The notes under the pieces were generated by a model that was not told where the DNA came from, made no database searches, and was given only the letters and a program-made list of their open reading frames with translations. Below are positions 63,985-64,000 of a stretch of 64,000 nucleotides of DNA, piece after piece. The stretch comes from an uncultured Candidatus Binatia bacterium (GTDB lineage Bacteria; Desulfobacterota; Binatia; UBA9968; JAJDTQ01), in the NCBI GenBank assembly GCA_965218305.1, contig OZ244617.1:395776-459775 (forward strand), read 5' to 3'. Positions within the stretch are counted from its first letter, which is position 1. Every line of letters begins with the position of its first letter. Made by a program: the position numbers and the translations under genes.

Positions 63985-64000
63985 CGAAGGCCAGCGTCCA

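Overview
This is a high-GC (about 67-68%) bacterial chromosomal window, gene-dense, with GGAGG-type ribosome-binding sites. Judging by gene content (many Bug/TctC binders, sigma-54 regulators, CoA-transferases) it comes from a metabolically versatile, probably uncultivated soil or sediment bacterium; I cannot assign a taxon from sequence alone.

Content by region:
- 0-20.8 kb: an accessory catabolic region. It holds five family III (CaiB/BaiF) CoA-transferase domains in four genes (a split adjacent pair, a single gene, and a two-domain fusion), a DUF35 Zn-ribbon/OB-fold protein paired with an SCP-x-type thiolase-like protein, a Bug/TctC periplasmic binder, an amidohydrolase_2 (LigW/ACMSD-like) protein, a citrate-synthase-family protein, a crotonase, a TPP enzyme and a D-aminoacylase-family amidohydrolase.
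- 2.7-4.7 kb and 20.9-22.3 kb: four type II toxin-antitoxin pairs (Xre-DUF2384/RES, MazEF, two Phd/VapC-type).
- 22.4-24.7 kb: a second TctC binder and a second amidohydrolase_2 gene.
- 24.8-45 kb: a housekeeping block: ornithine cyclodeaminase family, GH15, gnd, pgl, FprA-type reductase, adk, a HAD beta-phosphoglucomutase-like hydrolase, hpf, rpoD, a sigma-54 response regulator with its histidine kinase, an HtrA protease, RidA, an FMN dehydrogenase, a phytase-like esterase, folK-folB and a pteridine-reductase-like SDR.
- 45-64 kb: a second accessory block: a UbiD-family decarboxylase with an NAD(P)-binding partner, a lower-GC single-gene island encoding a DUF2442-fusion protein, an M20 peptidase, two more amidohydrolase_2 genes, three tandem paralogous biotin-less carboxyltransferase genes (transcarboxylase 5S / PYC_OADA type), a permuted-hydrolase/methyltransferase fusion, an M23 peptidase, two tandem paralogous membrane-protein genes (one interrupted by an in-frame TAG), and a lipoprotein with a small partner.

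Three families of GC-rich palindromic (REP-like) intergenic repeats are scattered through the window. They include two approximately 20-bp tandem repeat arrays in opposite orientation.

No rRNA, tRNA, CRISPR array, transposase or integrase was recognised. The candidates for genuinely undescribed biology are:
- a 464-aa protein with a Cx9CxFC motif plus GG/TN motifs (possible non-canonical radical SAM), last gene of the tctC-thiolase-DUF35-amidohydrolase operon;
- the DUF2442-fusion protein in the low-GC island;
- the carboxylation/decarboxylation-rich enzyme set (UbiD, four amidohydrolase_2, three carboxyltransferases, multiple CoA-transferases) lacking UbiX and biotin partners;
- the REP-like repeat system with its tandem arrays.
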